From positions 21,700,001-21,764,000 of the forward strand of contig OX597819.1 of NCBI GenBank assembly GCA_951406725.2: DNA of 64,000 nucleotides, in the 5' to 3' direction. Below the pieces are notes generated by a model. The model was given only the letters and a program-made list of their open reading frames with translations, was not told where the DNA came from and searched no databases. Numbering within the stretch: the stretch's first letter is position 1; each line of letters begins with the position of its first letter. Of the stretch, positions 13,830 to 30,696 are shown one piece after another. The position numbers and the translations under genes are program-made. Origin of the DNA: Octopus vulgaris (Eukaryota).

Positions 13830-14679
13830 CATGCGTAAGTTAAATTTGTGAATTATTGAACTGGAAAATAGCAATCGAAATAGTAAAGATATATCCAGTT
13901 AAATAGATCAACGATCAATGATGCATTTGTGTCCAGGAAATTAGGAGACGGATGTTCATTGTCCTTATATTGATCCTCTACCTGTGTGGTTAGTATCGGT
14001 GTGGAACTTGTAATTTTTTGCTTTTATGCGAGCTTTTGAAATATTATTAACTATGTCAGACTATTCTTTATTTTTGCTGGTTTCTTGCCAATATAATGAT
14101 TTCATCAGAGATTGGCATTAGGCCACTGTTCTCAAGTAGCAGAACTTATTTGGTACAATAAACATTTACGGTATTACTGGTATGTATTCCAGGGACCCAG
14201 GAACCAAGAATTTCAAAGTTGACTCAAAATCGATTTGAACGCACCTGACATGGCCATGTGATTGAGAAGTTACCCATGCAACCGTGTCAAACTGAGCTTA
14301 ATGCCATTGCCCGGAATTAGGGGAAGTGATATTCTTCTATAGAATTGAGTCCAACCGAAGCCTTGTAAATGGAATGGTAAACAGAAACTTACTGAGGTCC
14401 GCCCAGGGGATTTTACCTGAACATCAACAGACATAAGACAGCACCTACTTTTCTTTTGAATGCTTTTAGCGAAGTTCATTATGGTGCAGTTATTCTGATC
14501 AGGTATTTAGTCTGTTCCTTTACCTACAACAGTGAAAAGCGTAGCGTAGTCTGTGCTCGATTCAATGGATGATACCCTTCCCCTAGAGATGGTTCCTTTG
14601 AAACTAAGTTGGCAATAAGTATTATTTCCAGCACATCAAATTCTTACTGAAGTTGGTTTTCTCTCTCTCTCTCTCTCAG

Positions 14680-14726
<47 letters not shown>

Positions 14727-16149
14727 ACGTGTGTGTGTGTGTTACATAAATAATAAGAAACCAGTATGTGCCAGGTGTTTTGATTCGTGAAAAGTTATTG
14801 GACCCTATCAGTGCATTTACATACATGTACAAATCTTCAAAATAAAAATAGGCAATTCTTCACAAGAAAAAAAGAACTTCACTTGTGTATCTGAAAACCT
14901 AATCTATGCAATTATATACTCAGGGCGTGGAACAGACTACATTGGCCCAACTCTTATATCCTTAAGACAACGCATGACACTGCAGAAATCAATCACACGT
15001 TTTTCACAACTGAATACATACAAATAGAACTTCATAAACATATAGCCACATGTGTTGGTAACAAATCACCAAATACTACACATTAGCAACGCCTCAGAAC
15101 GATAAAAGTTTCGTAGCCAAATACCGATCACACACTACAGCAAGGACAACGACAACCAATAAGTTTGCTATTGCTGATGTAGTTGATGTTGTTGCAACAC
15201 TCCCACTACATCTACGGCTTTTACCTATACCACCAACACTAAAACCATACCTGCTGATTAAGCTGCTACTGCTTATTTTGGTTTGAGGCTGATTCAGCCG
15301 CTATTCCGTGAGTCACTGCTTTTGCTGCTGCTACTCCTAATAGGCACATCTTAATAACATCATTTGCTGAAAGGAAATAGTTTGCCAAAGCTGTTACTAT
15401 TTACAACGGCCTTGCAGCCATCAGAAGGAAACTCATTACAAGCTTCATGTCAATTTTTAATGCAAAACAGGCTAACTTTCAGAAATGATATCATGAAACA
15501 TTAATTTAAATTCTCCTTTGTTTAATTTAAGTTCTCTTTCGTTGCCGCATGACTAAATCTTATTTCAAGAAGTTTGAAACTGGTAGCATATTTTTCTAAA
15601 CATTCTATTTTTTTTTTTAATACACGCGTAAAAGTGCGTGCAAGCACACACACACATTTTACTTAATTTTTTGTATGCACTATATCACAGAGCACAAATT
15701 GTCTTCAAATTTTTACCGAAGAATGCATCATGGTTTATATTTTTGTTTAAATACGCAGTCGCAAAAACCTGTGTTGGGAGAGTGTATTGCCTTGGACAAA
15801 ACATCCTATTTTCTTTTTATTAATATTACGAAGGTCCCGCTAACAGATCCTATTATTTACATCCAACGATTCTTAATCTAATGAAAATTTCCTTACCAAA
15901 GTAGTAATAAGAAACGAGAGAAATCAATGCAAAATTTACCGTTTTACAGAATAAGCGGAACGACATAATATATTAAGGCACATAAGTATATCATAATATA
16001 TTGTTCTGTTTTGATTTACGTATTTTTACAAACGATATCACGTTAAGCCAGTCAAATGGGCGGCCATTTGTCTGTTTATCGGAAGCAATATCGTACTAGA
16101 CAACTTTTAATTACGTGTGTGTGTGTGCATGTCTGTATTGACGAGTACG

Positions 16150-18925
<2,776 letters not shown>

Positions 18926-19182
18926 GAGGATACACAATTACGAGCGTATGTCTGTTTGCATTGGGTTTCTTTTCAGAAAATTCTTTAAAACACTTTTCTA
19001 TCAATCTTTTCAATAAAAATCTATAGACATATATCCTACATGTATTTCGCTTTAAATACATTTAACGTTCTCTGTTTTTCTGTTTGTAATTTTTTCAACT
19101 TTTCCTTTTCTTATCATCTATTAAGCACAAACTCTACATAGATAATATATAATCTCGAAGTGGTCTACACGTTTCTTTATCT

Positions 19183-19213
<31 letters not shown>

Positions 19214-19999
19214 CTTCCTCCCCCTCTCTCTCTCTCTCTCTCTCTCTAGTTCCCTGTATCTTTATTTCTTTCCATTTTCTTCTCTATTTCTCTATCACAC
19301 ACGCACACACTCACATACCCACATGTATGTGTTTCTGTGTGTAAATGTATACAAGTGTATCCATGTATCTATATGTGTGTGTGTTTGTGTGTGTGTGTGT
19401 ACAATGTGCTTCCTTCGATTTTTTTCTTGGTATGACTCATTGGAGACGCTTTTCAACAATTTTCACTAAATCTCCATTATGTTGCAGTATTCTGTTTTAA
19501 TACTTTTGTCTTTGTTTATTTTCCTACAGAATTCTCTCCCTTTTTGCCCTCTTTCTCCTGTTAAGCATATTACTCTTTTTACAAACTCTGTATTTTTTGA
19601 CTAATTGAAATATGGGGATAAATCCTCAAAATAGTATATATATTTCTTCTAGACTATATAAACTCTCCCTATTTGCAGCAAACTAAAAGAAATAATGCAA
19701 ACAAACTGCAAAATTGTGCTGAAATATATATTTTCTTGTGGGTCACAGTCGCTGACGCCGACGTACGTGTTTTATTCTTTGTTTATAATTAACTGACCGA
19801 AACGAATTTCTACCTCCAGTGTGAATAGGTATATAATCTCTACCATTATGGTCTGACGTGTCATCGGTAGGACTAATAGCCTCATGGATGCAAAAATATT
19901 GGTCGCTCTATGACTGGACACATATTCTTAACTGCATATGAATATAGTATTGATCTATGCTTTAGTGCGTGCTTCTTTTTCGGATATATGAAACACTGA

Positions 20000-20320
<321 letters not shown>

Positions 20321-20499
20321 CTGACTGGCGGACAGAATGGTTACACAAGAGTGCGAAGAAGTAGGGGAGATAACAAAGTAAAGATGACCCCCAACACGAA
20401 GGAGCGTGTGTGTATAAGAGAGTATGTATGTGCGTGTGAAAGAGGGCTGGTGGTCTGGACGTGTGCGTGTATGTATATGTGTATATGTAGGTATGAATT

Positions 20500-20543
<44 letters not shown>

Positions 20544-20544
20544 T

Positions 20545-20618
<74 letters not shown>

Positions 20619-20779
20619 ACTTCGTTTTTCGAAGAAGTCTGTTAACGAATAGATCGTAATTTACCTCCTGTCCTTTCTCATATTCCTTTATTACAGTAGT
20701 ACCTCGGTTTACGAACGCTTCTGATCGCGAATAAATCGTGCTTCATCATGCTCTATCTTGACAGAGCGGGGTCATTCCA

Positions 20780-21145
20780 AATTAGTGGTGCCAGGAGCGT
20801 CATCATGCGTAGAGATGTCCATGTCCACCAGTGCTCTCCATCGCTGGCGCCCCGTGTCAGGCCATCTACATCCTCCAAGGTGACATCAAACTTCTGGAGC
20901 TGTTCTTCAATCATGTCCAAACATCTGGTGTGAAGCCTTGCACGGGATCTCTTCCAGCTCACAGCTGCGTCGAATGAAAGTAAAGCCCTTGTAGGACGAT
21001 ATAGTAGGAGACAAGAATATATCCGTACCAGCACATGCGACGGATAGGTATTGGCCTCGACCTAATGGAGTTTGTCAGCTCCTTCATCTACCTGGGCTCC
21101 GCAGTCAGCATCAATGGAGATCTGTTCCCGGAGATCAACTACACG
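20780..21145 (-). mobile_element. RTE-type LINE 3' remnant with inverted 5' segment
   Basis: Minus 20780-21045 encodes RMCWYGYIL and WKRSRARLHTRCLDMI (RTE C-terminal style). Plus 21065-21142 encodes MEFVSSFIYLGSAVSINGDLFPEIN (RT YLG motif). Confidence 0.7.
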
Positions 21146-21279
21146 TGTGTTCTGCTTTCAACGACGAAAGCAGACAACTGATGAGGGTTTAGACTTCTTT
21201 TGGTATTTTGTCCCTTATGTGCTTCCCTATTTTTCACTCGTTGGTGGATATCCTGTTCTTATTATATATATTTTGTGGC

Positions 21280-21406
21280 ATCATCCTTTCGGGGTCGATA
21301 AATAAAGTACCAGTTTCGCACTGGGGTCGATGTAATCGACTTAATCCGTTTGTCTGTCCTTGTTTGTCCCCTCTATGTTTAGCCCCTTGTGGGCAGTAAA
21401 GAAATA
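21280..21406 (+). mobile_element. 5'-truncated S3 SINE
   Basis: tcatcctttcggggtcgataaataaagtacc...gccccttgtgggcagtaaagaaat is the S3 3' half. Confidence 0.88.
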
Positions 21407-21494
21407 TTTTTTTAATGGTATTTTGTCCTGTACTTATCTCTCCTGTGTTTATGTATCTTCCACTCGTTGGTAATATCCTGTACTTGATGTATTT

Positions 21495-21593
<99 letters not shown>

Positions 21594-22226
21594 ATAGTAG
21601 AGTATAGATGTACCTCGATAATTTGGGCTAAGTTTTTGCTACGGGAAAATACAAATCGAACCGTATGCCGATTGAAGATCCTAATGTACTTACACGAAGC
21701 AAACGAATTAGAATGGTTATGTGTCCACAGTTTTTATTATTCCAGTCATTTATACAGCATAGTAAATTAAAATTTCTGTTCGACATGTGTTTCTTCTACT
21801 GCATGGATATCACGTAATGTTGTTTTTATTTCCATCCTGTTTGTCTGCATCGAGATGTCATTTCCGTTATAAACATGCAATTTTATTTAACGTGTTCACA
21901 CTAATAAAGTTCGAAGGGAACTGAAGTGTAATCCGCGAATAAGGACATGTTTAGGAAGAATGAAAAATATAATAATGCGTTAGCAAAAGCAGGATATAGG
22001 TATAGGTAAATATATATCCATTGGAACCTAATGGAGGAATAGAAATAGGGTCCTGAACATAGCTGTTAATGATAACAAAACTAGTGTAAATAATGGGGGG
22101 GGGGGGACAACCGTTCATAATGGAAATTTGAACTCCTCTCGCAGCGTTCGGAACTTCTATAATGTAAATATCGCGTAATGGGTCGTGATAACAACATAGA
22201 CAATACTGATATAGGCAAGCACGATA

Positions 22227-22461
22227 TATTTCTTTTATTGCCCACAAGGGGCTAAACATAGAAGGGACAAACAATGACAGGCAAAGGGATTAAGTCGATT
22301 ACATCGACCCCAGTGTGAAACTAGTAATTTATTTATCGACCCCGAATGGAAGAAAGGCAAAGTCGACTTCGGCGGAATTTGAACTCACAACGTAACGGCA
22401 GACGAAATACCGCTCAGCATTTCGCCCGGCGTGCTAACGTCTCTGCCAGCTCGCCGCCTTA
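22227..22461 (-). mobile_element. S3 SINE with 18-bp TSD
   Basis: TSD ATATAGGCAAGCACGATA at 22209-22226 and 22462-22479. Confidence 0.92.
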
Positions 22462-22549
22462 ATATAGGCAAGCACGATAACGAAAATGCAAGTGAACTCC
22501 TTAGCCAAACTGGTAATCTAAGACATACTAAGACATGCACCAGAATATG

Positions 22550-24000
22550 AGCAACCCTTCTTCATGGAAAGAATATATCTAGCGACACTGATATACACAG
22601 GTGCCATCGAAAAATAATGGGTAGCCACACCTAAAAATCAGAGAATTTTCTTTAAAATAAACCAATTAATGACTCCCATTGAAGAATAGATAAATCGAGG
22701 TTTATGCTGTCGTACGGTTTTCGGTTGGCAAATAGACTCTATCATTCCCACAAAATTTTTAGGAGCTTTCTAAGAAATCGAATAAATACTATAGGATCTT
22801 CAATCGGCTCCCGATTCCATTTGCATTTTCCACAAACAAAAACTTTACCCAAATTATCGCGGTGTATAATATTAGGAGAATATCTGCATTCCATAATACA
22901 AATCTTATAAATCGGACTAAAAAAATAAAAATCTTAATGATAACAAACAAGAACAACGAGCGTAAATGATAAATAGTGAATCTGGAGGGACTTCGAAAGA
23001 TACCGTACTTGATGTGAGTGGAATATATAGACTTCTGGAGGTCAGCAGGGAAAGGATGTCAGCCGATACAATACTAAACACAAAGCAATCAACAATAATT
23101 ATTTTAGACAAGTAAAATTGCGAATTCAGGAGTGTAGCCTACATGAAAATGCAAGAAGATCATGAGGAAGAGATATGGAGGAGAAACCCATTAATGGAGA
23201 TCAGAGCTAATATCACTAAACCTCCTTGTAGCTGAAGCAAGATAATGTGTTCTCTCAACACAGTGTTTGAGGAAGAATATAGTTTGTAGATGTAAGGTTA
23301 TTTAGGTGGGATTTCATACTATTATATAGGGGAATGCTCAACTACCCCCACTTGAAGGTGAGGTTAGGTGATCACCTAGCTTCCTTCAAAATAGAAAGGA
23401 AATAGAGAATACGAGCTTAAGTGTGTTTGTTAGGTCACTGAATGACAGAGATACTAAATTTGATATGAAATAGGAAATTGCAGCCGGGATAAATCCTTAT
23501 TAATCGGAAGTAACAATTGCAATTCATGTCAAAATACTAATTGTTAAACAATAACCAAGAATTAGCCCTGAATTATTGCGTACTATCACAGAAAAAAATA
23601 TTCAAATATTGCCTGAGAAAAAAATATTTGAATATGTAAATATCACGTAGATTGGAGATTTTATGGACAATATTAATGCATTAAGTAATTTGCCTTATAT
23701 TCTCGAACTGTCCTTGATATTATTTTTAATAATATCTATCCTGGACATTCTAATTTTTACCATTAGTTACCTATTTCGTAAGCGAGTCGACTCGCTTGGG
23801 ACTTAAATCCTTCGACTGTAACACTTCCCATATCGAATACTATTTATATACCTAGGAGGAAGTTATCGACGTTTAGATATAAGATTGTGCTGTACAGTAA
23901 AAAATTCTGATTTCACCATGGGTGGAAGTAATCTACCATATTGTTTACTGCTGCTTACAAGTAAATTCTGTGTATTTTATATTTGTAAATTATCAGTGAA
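22550..24000 (+). pseudogene. Highly decayed Penelope-like reverse transcriptase remnant
   Basis: Scattered peptides in the expected order across frameshifts: KAINNN (~23082), FMDNI as a degenerate YxDD (~23660), NNIYP (~23728), LDIR (~23873). No intact ORF. Confidence 0.45.
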
Positions 24001-24414
24001 ATTTATTCATACTTATTTCCCTTAAGGCCAATGAATGAAATATATTCTGAGCTAGTTTAGTACCTAGCATTTATGATTCTAAATACGAACCTTAGAGTGA
24101 TCCTAGGTTCAATTTCATAACGGACTTTAGAAATGCTGTTCCCGCGTCCCGTAAATATAATGAAGATAGGATTTTTTGTGGCTTTCAGTGTTAAGTTTTT
24201 GACTGTTATTTTTAGCAATCGTTGGTGCTATTTTGCACCCTTACTTTATTATTTCCGTTTTGGTTTTTTAATTGCTAGCGAGCCACTTTCGCAATAATGC
24301 GTTTAATATATCTTAATATAGTAATATATCGTCGTAGTGTCTTTTTGTATTCATAATATATATGCATGTATGTGTATGCGCGTGTGTATGTTTATACATA
24401 CACATTGTATTTTC

Positions 24415-24715
24415 AGGCATGGCTCTCTGGTAAAGAGCAAGGTCTTACATTCCGTCCAACTACGTGTTTCCTTGGCAAGGATATTCTATGGTCCACAGCT
24501 GTCTAAAGACTTGTGTAACGAATTAGAAGGCGGAAATTAAAAGAAACCCGTCGCGTATATAGATATGTGTGTGTGTGTTGGTTTGTTTACGTTCCGTAAC
24601 TTAATGGCTCAGCAACAAGAGAAGGAAAAGATAAGTGCTGCGGTCGATTTGCTCGAATAAACACTTAAAGTTGGTGCCCCAGCATGGACACAGTCCAATG
24701 ACTGAAGCAGAAGAT
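24415..24715 (+). mobile_element. Old decayed S1-type SINE
   Basis: catggctctctggtaag, cttggcaag, aagaaacccgtcg, gtcgatttgctcga, gtgccccagcatgg and atgactgaa match S1 in order. Confidence 0.7.
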
Positions 24716-24878
24716 ATATATTTTAATTAGTATAACTTGACCTCAAATAGCCGATCTAATGCCATCATACATTTTAGATTTCTTATGCTTAAAATCCCTC
24801 CTGATGATCACTAATCGATTTATACTGAATGGTGAGGGATAGTGTTGTGTTTGTTTATAAACTTTCTTTAAATTCTGT

Positions 24879-25036
24879 GAGTGGCTGTGTGGTAAGTAGC
24901 TTGCTAACCAACCACATGGTTCCGGGTTCAGTTCCACTGCGTGGCATCTTGGGCAAGTGTCTTCTGCTATAGCCCCGAGCTGACCAATGCCTTGTGAGTT
25001 GATTTGGTAGACGGAAACTGAAAGAAGCCTGTCGTA

Positions 25037-25081
<45 letters not shown>

Positions 25082-25291
25082 TTGTGTGTCTGTGTTTGTC
25101 CCCCTAGCATTGCTTGACAACCGATGCTGGTGTGTTTATGTCCCCGTCACCTAGCGGTTCGGCAAAAGAGACCGATAGAATAAGTACTGGGCTTACAAAG
25201 AATAAGTCCTGGGGTCGATTTGCTCGACTAAAGGCGGTGCTCCAGCATGGCCGCAGTCAAATGACTGAAACAAGTAAAAGAGTAACAGAGT
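24879..25291 (+). mobile_element. S1 tRNA-derived SINE, near full length
   Basis: A box TGGCTGTGTGG, B-box-like GGTTCAGTTCC, internal TA/TG microsatellite, AAAAGAGT tail; near-identical to 44177-44571. Confidence 0.93.
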
Positions 25292-25620
25292 ACATATAAG
25301 CTAAAGTGGGGAGTATATATTCAGGGATATAATGGCAACAAAAATATACTATAATTAACAAAGCAGATTAAACAAAACGTTCTTTCCCTTTGTTTGCTGT
25401 TATGTCGCAATACTACACAGTGGTTGTGTGAGCTACGCAATCCTCGTTGCCACTGTTATATCGAACGTTGGGATGACTTCTACTCAGCTCGACTCTCTAC
25501 CTATCCGTGACGTCTAGACTTCTCCCTCTATATATCTACGTGTTGGGCTAGTCTACTTCATCGTCTGTGGGCGTCCACACAACACTAGCATACAAGAGTC
25601 GAGTTTAGATATGTTTACGT

Positions 25621-25947
25621 TAAAAGACTCCGCCGGTTACGACGACGAGGGTCCCAGCTGATACGATCAACGGAACAGCTTGCTCGTGAAATTAACGTGC
25701 AAATGGCTGAGCATTCCACAGACACGTGTACCCTTAACGTAGTTCTCGGGGATAATCAGCGTGACACAGAGAGTGACAAGGCTGACCCTTTGAAATACAA
25801 GTACAACTCATTTTTGCCAGCTGAGTGGACTGGAGCAACGTGAAATAAAGTGTCTTGCTCAAGGACACAACGCGTCGCCGGGAATCGAACTCACAACCTT
25901 ACGATCATGAGCCGAATGCCCTAACCACTAAGCCACGCGCCCTCACA
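25621..25947 (-). mobile_element. S2 SINE (tail type 2) with 12-bp TSD
   Basis: TSD ATATGTTTACGT at 25609-25620 and 25948-25959; minus-strand A box TGGCTTAGTGG and B box AGTTCGATTCC. Confidence 0.92.
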
Positions 25948-26375
25948 ATATGTTTACGTAGATTTATGTGGTTATGTACGAACATCTATTGCAAGGGTTG
26001 TAGTTGGAGACAAGTAGACTTTGAGATAATTCCTGAAGTACTTGCTTCTGTGAAAGTGTAAAGCTGTAAGAGTGATTTAAAAAAAAAAAAAATTTATATC
26101 ATGGTGATGATACCAGAAAAGGGGTTGGAGATGTATTTAAAAGTTTAGCCGTTATAAAAAGATTTTTCGCTTGAAGTATTTTCGTGTCTGTAAGATTTTG
26201 TCCTTGCATTTAGAGACCAAATCGGTTGCCGATTTGGCTCATGAATGTTAGCATGTGATAGGATTCGTTTGTTCAAAATTGGTGGGTTTTGTTATTCCCG
26301 TAGTATGGTTGTTGTCTGTGAGTATTTTCCATTTGATACTAAACCGAGTGATTTTAAAAATGCTATTTTAATTGC

Positions 26376-26598
<223 letters not shown>

Positions 26599-26954
26599 AC
26601 ATTGATGTATTATTTCTTCTGTTTAGGCTGCGACAACATCTATATCCTCGTTCATTTCCCACAGGATATTCACTGAAGTTATTCCTATTGTTATTGATAA
26701 TGAAAGATCCAGAAAGGAAGCTTGTAGATTGTTCACTTCAATCAATCCGCCCAGAAATTCATCTTAGTTCTGTCAAATATCCACTTACAGGCGGATATTT
26801 CTCTGTTTTTTATGAAACCGTAATTTTTTTTGTTTCTATAATGCTGGAGTGTTCGTGTTATTTACATTTTAGGCAACACCACAGCGGTGCGATTAGCGTA
26901 CAACGTTCAGAATACAAGTCTGAAGTTCCATGTATTTGTGGGAAAGCATGGACA

Positions 26955-27600
26955 GATCGATCCACCGACCAACCAACCAACCAGCCAACCAACCGACCAA
27001 CCAACCAACAAGCCGACCCACCGACCAACCAACTAACCAGCTGACCCACTGACCAACCAACCAACCAGCCGACCCACCGGCCAACCAACCAGCCAACCAA
27101 CCGACCAACCAGCCAACTAGCCGATCCACCGACCAACCAACCAGCCAACCAACCGACCAACCAGCCGACCCACCGACCAACCAACCAACCAGCCGACCCA
27201 CCGACCAACCAGCCAGCCAGCCAACCAACCGACGAACCAACCAACCAGCAAACCAAACGACCAACCAACCAACCAGCCGACCCACCGACCAACCAACCAT
27301 CCAGCCGACCCACTGACCAACTAACCAGCCAACCAACCGACCAACCAACCAACCAACCGACCCACCGACCAACCAACCAGCCAACCAGCCAACCGACCCA
27401 CCGACCAACCAGCCAACCAACCAACCAGCCGACCCACCGACCAACCAACCAGCCAGCCAACTAACTGACCAACCAACTAGCCGATCCAACGACCAACCAA
27501 CTAACCAACCAGCCAACCAACCGTCCAACCGACCAACCAGCCAACCAACCGTCCAGCCAGCCAACCAGCCGACCCACCGACCAAACAACCAACCAGCCGA
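26955..27600. repeat. Complex (CCAA/CCGA/CCAG)n tetranucleotide satellite with higher-order unit
   Basis: Recurring AGCCGACCCACCGACCAACC blocks within a 4-bp periodic array. Confidence 0.95.
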
Positions 27601-27769
27601 TGCATTACGGAATGATGTTGTGCAGTTTTCTTTGATTCAGGATTGGCAGAAATAATTATCTGTTGCAGTTGAGATACGATAGAACAACGATAAAAAGAAA
27701 CACGCATGGTTCCGGTTGTTCTTGGTGAAGAAAATGTAACGAAAGCTGGCCCAGAGGAGAAGAGATCTT

Positions 27770-28180
27770 GGATCTTTTCGGTTTGAACGACAGTTTTTAA
27801 CATAATTTCTAGGTAACTAAAAAATCTTAAACTTCGTATACTGGTAGAATGTTTTTATAAAACATCTTTTTCTTTGGCTTTATTGAGAAAATTCTATAGT
27901 TTGTAAGATATTTGTTTTTTTTCTTCAATTACTGCAATTTCAACCGATCAATGACGTCCATTGAGGTAAACAACATTCTCTGCCGTATGAATACGTCCCT
28001 CGTTTAAGAAACAGATTGGGTTTATTTACATTTGTGAAGAAAAAATATACCCTTCCCCCACCCCCAACCCTAACCCTAAAATAGATTGAAATGCAATAGA
28101 TCGATACTAGGGTCATAATTATGGGTGACAATTTCATAAGACACCGCTAGAAAAAACTGCCGTTCAAACCGAAAAGATCC
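27770..28180. mobile_element. Non-autonomous DNA transposon (MITE), 411 bp, 29-bp TIRs, 8-bp TSD
   Basis: TIR GGATCTTTTCGGTTTGAACG(A/G)CAGTTTTT at 27770-27798 and 28152-28180 (1 mismatch); TSD GAGATCTT at 27762-27769 and 28181-28188. Confidence 0.93.
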
Positions 28181-29763
28181 GAGATCTTTTTGATAACTAT
28201 ATAACTCAAGAGACGGCACATGCCGTATTTCATAGCATAAAATAAGCACGGGCACCGCAATCTTAGCGGTCAATATTTAGGAGAAGTATAATATTAAAGT
28301 GTCGGGCCAGGTAGAAGGGATCATCAGGATTAAAATTAGCCTATAGTAGTGAGTGTCAGGCACAACATTAGCATACATGCAGCCCAACGCCATTTATGGG
28401 ACTCAGGCTGATTTTATAAATTTTTAAGCGGGGAAAACGTGTGCTTTTTATGCCATTAAAAACGGCTTGTAGACCAATTGCTGCTGTGTGTTCGTGACTT
28501 AACATTTAAAGCAATCACACTGTAGGCTTTCTTTTAAATTTAATCTCATTTACGTGTGTATTCAGCAACAGCACTGTCCCATACATATAAGTAATAGTTT
28601 ATCTTTGAGGATTAGCAACTAACCATGACTGAAGTATTTCTTTGCTCTAATGAAGAATCTAATTAAATATCTAAATAGTCTTTTGATACGTTGTTGATGA
28701 TGAAGAATAACCGCGGAATTTCATTGATTGCTAATTCTTATATTTGTTGCTGTACTTGACAGCAACGAAATCGAAAACCGTGACTTGAATAATAAAGACA
28801 TCTTCCGATTTAAGCAGTGGTGAATACCGGAACCATCTTGGGATATTCGTCGCTAAAAAGACCAAATTATATCGAAACACTGTGCGTGGTGATCCTCCAG
28901 CGTTCCGAATGAAATGCTGTAATTTTAACTACAAAGAAGAACTGATGTATATAACCCCAAGAAAAAACATCATATGCTTAGTGCTCTGTGTTATTTCTAA
29001 TATTTAAAAAAAAAAAGGGATCGCGAGTGATTTACTTTTATTTGCCAAAATGGGTTCAGAAGAGTCAGAATGTAAAACATATTCTCTTCTCAAACGAGAA
29101 TTCCTCGTAATGCAGATTGTGCACATTAAGGACTACTTTGTGGAGATTATTACACCGCAAGATTTATGCATGTATGTACGTGTGTATGCACGTATGTGTG
29201 CTTATGACTTGAAAGGCTTATTCCAGTGAGCAAGCATGTTGGAGTTGGTAAGTCTATGTATATAAAAATATTTGCAGGCTTATATACGTTCAACTTATAT
29301 ATGGTATGTATATATGTATCGATCTAGCTAACTAAATACAAACATCTTTATATAAATAAGGATAAGATCGTTAATTTAAAATTAGTGTAATTTTAACTTG
29401 GTACTACAATTTCAGGATACAATCTGTCATCAAGAAGTGTTGGTTCTGCTTGGAGACTTCTGTCTATCGACGATTAGATCATATGGATGGGCAAGATCAC
29501 AAGTTGTGTTGCTGTGATATGAACTCGTGAACACTTAGCCTCAAGGTAGGCCACTTACATTATTGTCTCATGTACTATCTGAGCGACTCTTACTCTAATC
29601 TACTTCAAAAACGATAATATAATGTATTTTGAGAAGATATGTTCAACAAGGTTAGACAAAGCAAAAAGTCAATTTATGGGTACTTTGAGGCTCCCATATT
29701 ATCAGTAACACGCACATACACTATTATATATACGTGCGTGTGTGTGTGCCTGTCTGTGTGTGC

Positions 29764-29815
<52 letters not shown>

Positions 29816-29908
29816 ATGTGTGTGTGTATATATATATATATATGTGTGTGTGTGTATACATATGTAATGTCCAAACAACACGTTGAGAGGGCACGATCAT
29901 AACAGAAG

Positions 29909-29951
<43 letters not shown>

Positions 29952-30552
29952 CAGTGTTAAAGAAGATAGGGGTGGGCAGCAGGCATATGGAACAGTGAAC
30001 GACGAAGAGAGGGAGCAGAACACATAGAAACAAACAGATCGATATCGGTCTATTTGTCTGCAGGATATTGATTTCGTTAGACCTAACAACGTAACAATAC
30101 ATATACTAAAATAAATAGAATCTACAAATTAAGCTTTTTGATTGAATTACACTTTTCTACCATTCTCTTATCGTGACTTGCTATTGTTTCGGGTATTTTC
30201 TTTTTAACAGCTAGACAGAACTTGTTAAGAACGAAGCGCTTCCGTTGAGTGGTCGGAGTATGACATCAAACATCTGGCGAGCCTACTTTAGCCGAGATAA
30301 GGCGGCTTCCATTGTTTTACCTCACTCACTCCGTACAAGACAAGACGGAGCAGCAACTTGAAACGTAAAAATAATTATTTTAATTATTAATTTAACCCCT
30401 TTCCCCTACCCATATATGATCACAAACCCCAACTCTTCCATCTCTCACTCTCTCTCTCTCTCTCTTTCTACAAACATATGCGCATACATACATGCATATA
30501 TAAATATATATATATATATACACACATGTATATATATATATATGTATATATA

Positions 30553-30592
<40 letters not shown>

Positions 30593-30625
30593 TATATAAA
30601 TACACATATATATACATATATATAC

Positions 30626-30696
<71 letters not shown>

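Noticed and set aside
21150-21200. CTGATGA at 21179 (similar at 270 and 13656) as hammerheads
   Set aside because: No correctly placed downstream GAAA or closing stems.
25880-25947. tRNA gene (also at 6113, 24879, 44177, 53350)
   Set aside because: The A/B boxes belong to SINE heads with bodies, tails and TSDs; no complete cloverleaf.
26955-27600. CRISPR-like array or Trp/Gly-rich ORFs
   Set aside because: No unique spacers or cas genes; simple 4-bp periodicity in eukaryotic DNA.
28065-28079. Telomeric AACCCT repeats
   Set aside because: Only about two units, internal to a MITE.
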